A stretch of DNA of 64,000 nucleotides from positions 835 to 64,834 of the forward strand of contig DYGA01000001.1 in assembly GCA_020724865.1 (NCBI GenBank), in the 5' to 3' direction. The DNA comes from Candidatus Paceibacter sp. (lineage in GTDB: Bacteria > Patescibacteriota > Patescibacteriia > S139-126). The notes under the pieces are model-generated. The model was not told the origin of the DNA, ran no database searches, and saw only the letters and a list, made by a program, of their open reading frames with translations. This document shows, piece by piece, positions 58,626 through 64,000 of the stretch; position 1 is the stretch's first letter, and each line of letters begins with the position of its first letter. The position numbers and the translations under genes are program-made.

Positions 58626-58653
58626 ATAATTTAAAAATAAATTTAGATAAGAA

Positions 58654-58680
58654 AAAACCGCTCTGATGAAGAGCGGTTTT
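58654..58680 (-). terminator. Intrinsic terminator (AAAACCGCTCT...AGAGCGGTTTT) downstream of the Nudix pseudogene; shares the 5' flank ATTTAGATAAGAAAAAACCGCTC with the 52864 element
   Basis: Minus-strand read aaaaccgctcttcatcagagcggttttttc. Confidence 0.5.
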
Positions 58681-58897
58681 ATCAAATAATTTAAATATTT
58701 TAAATTTTTAAGTTGATAAAAATTCAGACGAAAATTTTTGAATAAAATATTAACTAGATATGCCGTTTTATATTTATAGTAATAACTTCTTATTTTCTAA
58801 CTACAAAAAGAATATAAAATAAAAAATATTAACTCTTATTTTACCTCCTCCCAGACAAAATATGTAATTTTATCAGATTGCTCCTCTATATATCCTT

Positions 58898-59408
58898 CAG
58901 GATCAAATTGTTCGTCTGTTAATGTACAAGAAAATTGTGGCGAATATATTCTGATTTCAATCCAGGATAACTTGGAGATGTAACTTGAGAATCACTTTTT
59001 CCGGTTTCAGATAAAGCAAATCCACTACTTATGCCCAACTCTTCTTGAATACCACGTATCACAGCAGCCTTAGGATTTTCATCTAGCTTAATTTTTTCTG
59101 AAACTGATGTCCCTAAATTCCTTTGTCTCTGCCGACCATCCTTAAAAATCTGCCTTTCTTCTTTAAGACGATATTTTTTACCATCAGGTGATTGGTAATA
59201 AATATCAGCACATACAATAATAACTCTTCTTAATAATTCGCCCTTTTCTCCAACAATTAAAATAGTCTCCCCACTTTCAATTTCTTTTTGGAGATGAGTT
59301 AATGTTTTAGATTGTCCAGTACCCCATGATGATGTGTCAATACCAGCATTGGCAAGCTTTTCTTTAATGTTTCAATGACAAATTGTTCTTTTTTCTCAAA
59401 ATTTTCCA
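58898..59408 (-). pseudogene. Nudix hydrolase gene disrupted by a +/-1 frameshift in an A-run near the 5' end
   Basis: Minus-strand frame gives MENFEKKEQFVIETLKK, then shifts to ...EKLANAGIDTSSWGTGQSKTLTHLQKEIESGETILIVGEKGELLRRV...GTSVSEKIKLDENPKAAVIRGIQEELGISSG; the Nudix box E-NP-x2-A-A-V-I-R-G-I-Q-E-E-L-G-I aligns to MutT GETPEQAVVRELQEEVGI; not in ORF track because no start codon is in frame. Confidence 0.5.
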
Positions 59409-59525
59409 TAGGATAAAAAATAAATTTTTTTCATTATTTACTATTCATAAATCATTATACTAAAATTTGCTATATTAGACGATTCAAAAGCATTCAACAC
59501 ATCTATACCTATAAAAAACCGCTTT

Positions 59526-59906
59526 TTAAAAAGCGGTTTTGTTTATATTTAATCTTCTCAATAGCTGTTTGGCGAGTCGCACAATTTGTGCATTTGTCAT
59601 TCGGTTAATAGCTTTATCAGTTTTAATTTTAATTTGTTTTTCATTCAATTCAACAAATCTTTCGTGCAGCATTTCGTGGATATAAACTTCAGCCAAAAAC
59701 AAATGCAGATTAATAAAAATTTTTTCTTGAAAATAATCTATTTCGCCAAAAGTATTTTTATCAAGCCATTTAAACTGAACTTCATATTCACTTTTCCTAA
59801 GCAAAATTTCATAAATTGATCTTTTTAATAACTTTTTTTTCATTATCCACTCCTTTTTGTTTTTAAAGAATTTATCTACTTTAAAATTAAAAATTAAATT
59901 TGTCAA
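59526..59906 (-). CDS. Small HExxH-motif protein (putative zinc metallopeptidase-like, ImmA/IrrE- or SprT-like size class)
   Basis: LFLAEVYIHEMLHERF contains HEMLH; ~110-126 aa; stop sits inside a terminator hairpin aaaaccgctttttaaaaagcggtttt. Confidence 0.4.
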   Translation of the reverse strand: MTNLIFNFKVDKFFKNKKEWIMKKKLLKRSIYEILLRKSEYEVQFKWLDKNTFGEIDYFQEKIFINLHLFLAEVYIHEMLHERFVELNEKQIKIKTDKAINRMTNAQIVRLAKQLLRRLNINKTAF

Positions 59907-60144
59907 ATAAAAATAATCAAATTTAAATATAAATGTAAAATTATTAAATTTTTATTTTTAATAATTAATATTATTAAATTTCAAGTTTGTTTTTAATTGA
60001 CAAAACCTACTATCCATGCCATACTCAAATCAAGCAAGTGATTCTATTTTATATTTGCTTACACAAATAATTTAATTAATAGTGTGTAAGTTACATAAAT
60101 AGTTAGGTCGCTCTTGCGAATTTATTTGTGTAAGTTAAATTACT

Positions 60145-60471
60145 ATGGCAAAAAAACTATACGTCGGTGGATTGTCCTATAATACCACTCAAGAAGGTTT
60201 GCGTGATGCTTTTGCGCAAGCTGGTAATGTAGAGTCAGCCATCATCATTACAGACAAAATGTCAGGCCGTTCCAAAGGTTTTGGTTTTGTAGAAATGTCT
60301 ACTGATGAAGAGGCAGACAATGCTATAACTACTTTCAATGGCAAAGAACTTGATGGCCGCACTATAACTGTAAGTGAAGCCCGGCCAATGACCGATCGCC
60401 CTCGCCGTGATTTTGGAAATCGTGGGCGTGGCTTTGGCGGCGGTGGTAACCGACAAAAAAACTGGAACTAA
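60145..60471 (+). CDS. Glycine-rich RNA-binding protein with a single RRM domain
   Basis: RNP2 KLYVGGL and RNP1 KGFGFVEM; C-terminal RGRGFGGGGNRQ tail. Confidence 0.85.
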   Translation: MAKKLYVGGLSYNTTQEGLRDAFAQAGNVESAIIITDKMSGRSKGFGFVEMSTDEEADNAITTFNGKELDGRTITVSEARPMTDRPRRDFGNRGRGFGGGGNRQKNWN

Positions 60472-60485
60472 TTATTCCTTTTGTA

Positions 60486-60513
60486 AAAAACCTCCCTACG
60501 GGGAGGTTTTTTT
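60486..60513 (+). terminator. Intrinsic terminator after the RRM gene (stem AACCTCCC/GGGAGGTT then U7)
   Basis: aaaaacctccctacggggaggttttttta. Confidence 0.7.
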
Positions 60514-60514
60514 A

Positions 60515-60829
60515 TTACCACAACACTTCGATTATTTGTTGTTTTGCTATTGGCTCATCAATATCCGGAAATTTAAGATGAGGATATTTTGCTGCCTCAG
60601 GTTTACATTTAGGGCAATACGGCCTGCTAATTATTTGTCTAAATATTTTATTTTTATCTTTAACCAGCATCTCAATATCTAACCATTCTATTATCTTATG
60701 GGTATAAAGGCAGCGCCAATACATTGAACCATGTGGTGATTTTTTATCTTCAAAAATACCAGCGTGAATATGCAAATATGCTAAATCAATTTTTAAAACG
60801 AACATAAGCCCTCCTATTGTTTTCCTCAA
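60515..60829 (-). CDS. Hypothetical protein with C-terminal Cys pair (CPKC)
   Basis: ORF track only. Confidence 0.3.
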   Translation of the reverse strand: MRKTIGGLMFVLKIDLAYLHIHAGIFEDKKSPHGSMYWRCLYTHKIIEWLDIEMLVKDKNKIFRQIISRPYCPKCKPEAAKYPHLKFPDIDEPIAKQQIIEVLW

Positions 60830-60879
60830 CTTAACATAAACAAAAAAAATAGAAAAGCCCTCAATTTTGAGGACTTTAT

Positions 60880-61488
60880 TTAAATTATTTTTTTTATGTT
60901 TTCTCGATGAGCAATCAAAATCATGATGGTTATACCTATAATAAATAAGGTAATTTCAAAGTTATCTTGATTAAAACCACCACCAAAAATAATTTTTACA
61001 ATAACAGCTGAAATAGCTGCAATCATTGAACCTAAAGCAACTTTTTGTGAAGCTATTTTTGGGGAACCAAATTTTTTGGCAAGTAGTATGGTTATAACAA
61101 AAACCAAAAGTATGACAATAATAAACCAATCTGGGGTAAGACCTAAAAGTACACCAAGTGAAGTGGCAACAACTTTACCACCTTTAAAATTCAACCAAAC
61201 CGATTTAAAGTGTCCAACAATAGCAAAACTCCCAGCCAAAATATAATAACCTACCTTAGGTTCTATAAAAAGCAAGTTGACCAAACTGATAGCCGCAAAT
61301 CCTTTTACTACATCTAAAATTAAGGTTAGCGCACCCCATTTGGCACCTAAAGCCCTGGTTACATTGGCAGCACCAATATTACCACTGCCAACTTTTTGTA
61401 TATCAACTTTGTTGTATTTGGCTATCAAATAGCCAAAAGGTATACTTCCTAATAAATATGAGATGATGATTAATATTACAAATTCCAC
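60880..61488 (-). CDS. plsY: Glycerol-3-phosphate acyltransferase PlsY
   Basis: Conserved GSGNIGAANVTRALG motif; five TM helices; ~200 aa. Confidence 0.85.
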   Translation of the reverse strand: MEFVILIIISYLLGSIPFGYLIAKYNKVDIQKVGSGNIGAANVTRALGAKWGALTLILDVVKGFAAISLVNLLFIEPKVGYYILAGSFAIVGHFKSVWLNFKGGKVVATSLGVLLGLTPDWFIIVILLVFVITILLAKKFGSPKIASQKVALGSMIAAISAVIVKIIFGGGFNQDNFEITLFIIGITIMILIAHRENIKKII

Positions 61489-61970
61489 TGGTACCTCCGT
61501 TTTATTTTTTAAAGAAATTGAATTAAATTATCTTATATCTAAAATATTTTTTTGGCAAGAAAAAAACCCGTCCGTAGACAGATTTCTAAGTGTTATAGAA
61601 ATGTCCAATGGGACGGGTTTAAATGAATCTTGTTGAGCTCTTGCGGAAAAAATTATTTAAGAAATGTGGTTTCTTCGAAGTCGTTCAACATAACATTTAT
61701 TTTTTGATTGATCACTTATACATCTTTTTTTTCCGCATCGCGAATTAATTTTCCCTAATTGGGATTTTTTCCCTTAAAAGGGATTTTTAAATAACAAGAT
61801 TCAATTTCCTTTCGGTAATCAATACCTTACACTATTGAAACTTTGTGGTCAAGCACAGCTTTTGAATAACCTGTTGATAACTTTATAAAACCTAATAAAA
61901 ACTAAAGAATTATTGTGATTTAATAGAATATTATGCTACATTATGCTACACTATCGTTTAGACTAAATTT

Positions 61971-63713
61971 ATGAAATTATTTTGGCAATATCTAAAAAAT
62001 TATAAGGGGATATTTATTTTATCTCTTTTTTTGGCGCTGATTAATCGGGTATTTTCTTTGTTAGATCCGCAAATTTTTCGTTTAATCATTGATCGTTATG
62101 CGACCAAGTTTAATGAACTATCAAAAGATGAATTTTTATATGGGGTGCTTGGTCTTTTACTGCTAGCCATTGGCGTGGCTTTGGTCTCGCGGATTGCCAA
62201 AAATTTTCAAGACTACTATGTAAGTATGATAACGCAAAAATTGGGCGCCAAACTTTATGCTGATAGTGTACAACATGCTTTATCCCTACCTTACATGGAA
62301 TTTGAAGATCAACGCAGTGGCGAATTGTTGCAAAACTTAAACAAAGCCCGACATGATGCAGAAAAATTAATTCGCAGTCTAATTGATATTTTATTTTTCT
62401 CACTAATTGGTATCTTGTTTGTTTTAGGATATGCTTGGTTTGTTCACTGGTCTTTGGGTTTAATTTTTATATTAATTATTCCTACTCTTAGTGCCATAAC
62501 TTTTTATATCAGCCGTAAAATAAAACAGGCACAAACTGATATAATTTTAGAAAAAGCTGACTTAGCTGGTTCAACTACTGAAACCATTCGCAATGTTGAA
62601 TTGGTAAAAAGTTTGGGATTAGAAAATCAAGAAATTATTAGATTAAATAATGTTAATGAAAAAATTTTAGAATTGGAATTAAAAAAAATAAAATTGGTCC
62701 GCACCATGAGTTTTATTCAAGGAACCCTAATTAACCTACTTCGATCTGCTATGCTACTACTAATGTTATGGTTAATATATTTACAAATTATTTCTTTGGG
62801 TGAATTTTTTACTTTACTTTTTTATTCATTTTTAATATTTACCCCTCTGACTGATTTGGGCCAATTGATTACTGATTATCGTGAAGCTCAAGCCAGTGGT
62901 GATATCTTACAAACAATATTAAATAAACCGACAGATAAATCTCCCTCCCAACCTAATAATTTAGGAAAATTAAAAGAAATAAAATTTGTTGATGTTGATT
63001 TTGTATATAAATCAAGTAAAGATCCATCGGTAAAAAATATAAATCTGGAAATTAAAGCTGGGCAAACTGTGGCTTTTGTTGGGCCCAGCGGATCAGGTAA
63101 AACTACTTTGATAAAACTTTTAGTTGGCCTTTATAAACCTACTCGGGGAAAAATTTATTACAATCAAATTGAAAATAGTAATTTAAATTTTACTCAACTC
63201 CGTCAACGTATCGGTTTGGTGGCTCAAGAAACTCAGCTTTTCGCCGGCACTATCAGAGAAAATTTAATTTTTACCAATCCCCAAGCTTCCACTGAAGATT
63301 GTCTAAATGCTATGAAGTCAGCCGCGGTTGATAATATTTTAACTAGAGATAAGCTCGGCCTTGATGCTAAAATTGGCGAAGGCGGATTGAAACTATCAGG
63401 GGGCGAAAAACAAAGATTGGCTATTGCCCGGGCCCTATTAAGAAAACCAGAAATTTTAATTTTTGATGAAGCTACCAGCAACTTAGATACAGTTACCGAA
63501 AACGCCATAACCAAAACTATCAAAGAAATAGAACAAAAAAATCCTGACCTGATCAGGATTTTAGTGGCCCATCGACTTACCACTATCATGCATGCTGATA
63601 TAATTTATCTAATGCAAAATGGACAAATTATTGCCAAAGGCAGTCATTCTGAATTGCTAAAGAGCAACCTTCTCTATCAATCCTTATGGCAACAACAAGA
63701 TAACAATATTTAA
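61971..63713 (+). CDS. ABC exporter, fused permease/ATPase (MsbA/multidrug-type)
   Basis: Six N-terminal TM helices; Walker A GPSGSGKTT; signature LSGGEKQRLAIARALL; Walker B ILIFDEATSNLD. Confidence 0.85.
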   Translation: MKLFWQYLKNYKGIFILSLFLALINRVFSLLDPQIFRLIIDRYATKFNELSKDEFLYGVLGLLLLAIGVALVSRIAKNFQDYYVSMITQKLGAKLYADSVQHALSLPYMEFEDQRSGELLQNLNKARHDAEKLIRSLIDILFFSLIGILFVLGYAWFVHWSLGLIFILIIPTLSAITFYISRKIKQAQTDIILEKADLAGSTTETIRNVELVKSLGLENQEIIRLNNVNEKILELELKKIKLVRTMSFIQGTLINLLRSAMLLLMLWLIYLQIISLGEFFTLLFYSFLIFTPLTDLGQLITDYREAQASGDILQTILNKPTDKSPSQPNNLGKLKEIKFVDVDFVYKSSKDPSVKNINLEIKAGQTVAFVGPSGSGKTTLIKLLVGLYKPTRGKIYYNQIENSNLNFTQLRQRIGLVAQETQLFAGTIRENLIFTNPQASTEDCLNAMKSAAVDNILTRDKLGLDAKIGEGGLKLSGGEKQRLAIARALLRKPEILIFDEATSNLDTVTENAITKTIKEIEQKNPDLIRILVAHRLTTIMHADIIYLMQNGQIIAKGSHSELLKSNLLYQSLWQQQDNNI

Positions 63714-64000
63714 CCTAACAATTTTTTAACCTTGTCTACTAAATCGGTTAAATGAATATCTATTTTTAACCAATAATCTATCGCCCCTAATTCTTTGGCT
63801 CTTTTTATCCACTTATCATCATCTATATTGGATAAAATAACCACCTTTTGTTCACTCAATTTGCCTTGGCGATTTAAACTTTCCAAAACTACAAATCCAT
63901 CTTTATTTGGCATTTGCATATCCAACAAAATCAAATCAAAACGATCTTTATTTATTTTTTCTAATGCTTCTTCTCCATCCTGAGCTGGCTCAACCGTAAA
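63710..64000 (-). CDS. Response regulator receiver domain, C-terminal part only (gene continues beyond window end)
   Basis: ...LILLDMQMPNKDGFVVLESL...VVILSNIDD...ELGAIDYWLK matches CheY-like receiver motifs (DxxMP.mdG, K near C-term); open at the window edge. Confidence 0.55.
   Translation of the reverse strand, partial: FTVEPAQDGEEALEKINKDRFDLILLDMQMPNKDGFVVLESLNRQGKLSEQKVVILSNIDDDKWIKRAKELGAIDYWLKIDIHLTDLVDKVKKLLG

Noticed and set aside
1-64000. Alternative genetic code (UGA as Gly or Trp, as in Gracilibacteria/SR1 or Mollicutes)
   Set aside because: Long genes (2358, 823, 822, 809 aa) are stop-free under the standard code. The only in-frame TGAs seen are in two otherwise degraded loci and are better explained as pseudogene lesions
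1-64000. CRISPR arrays, rRNA genes, prophage structural genes
   Set aside because: No regularly spaced direct repeats, no rRNA-like conserved sequence, and no capsid/terminase/portal-like ORFs were seen

Overview
AT-rich (roughly 30-35% GC by eye) bacterial chromosome fragment. Gene content and style resemble a reduced-genome Gram-positive-like or CPR/Patescibacteria-type organism; that assignment is inference only. The standard code is used: ORFs up to 2358 aa contain no UGA. Housekeeping genes: lemA, htpX, clpC-like, comFC, recG, radA, rsmA, leuS, LysM-M23 peptidase, comM, lspA, two DksA/TraR-like proteins, rpsO-NYN-pnp, xerC/D-like recombinase, cbiM plus PDGLE protein, RRM protein, plsY, ABC exporter, and a partial response regulator at the 3' edge. 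Four tRNAs: Ser-GCU (minus), Arg-GCG, Arg-UCU, His-GUG. The dominant feature is a ~23 kb minus-strand locus (13.86-36.87 kb) encoding a Gram-positive/CPR-style type IV secretion-like apparatus: a VirB4 ATPase split into two ORFs, a VirB6/TrbL-like polytopic protein, a VirB1-like lytic-transglycosylase domain, and two paralogous Cys-rich proteins sharing a VirB2/TrbC-like hydrophobic hairpin. It also carries candidate VirB3-like and VirB8-like small membrane proteins, a DsbA-like oxidoreductase with a non-canonical active site, a TolB-like beta-propeller, and a 2358-aa Cys-rich surface protein with a C-terminal PKD domain. No VirD4 coupling protein or relaxase is present. Intergenic regions carry two repeat families: inverted arrays of TTAGGAT heptads inside the T4SS-like locus, and MITE/REP-like palindromic ATTAGTAATTAGT elements genome-wide. 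An accessory-looking stretch (52.9-60 kb) holds secreted repeat proteins, a family of near-identical terminators, a duplicated ~75-bp element, a frameshifted Nudix gene, a possible ART-like protein and an HExxH protein. Several terminator-bounded, ORF-free, GC-enriched segments are candidate ncRNAs. All calls rest on reading the sequence and ORF track by eye; no database searches were run.
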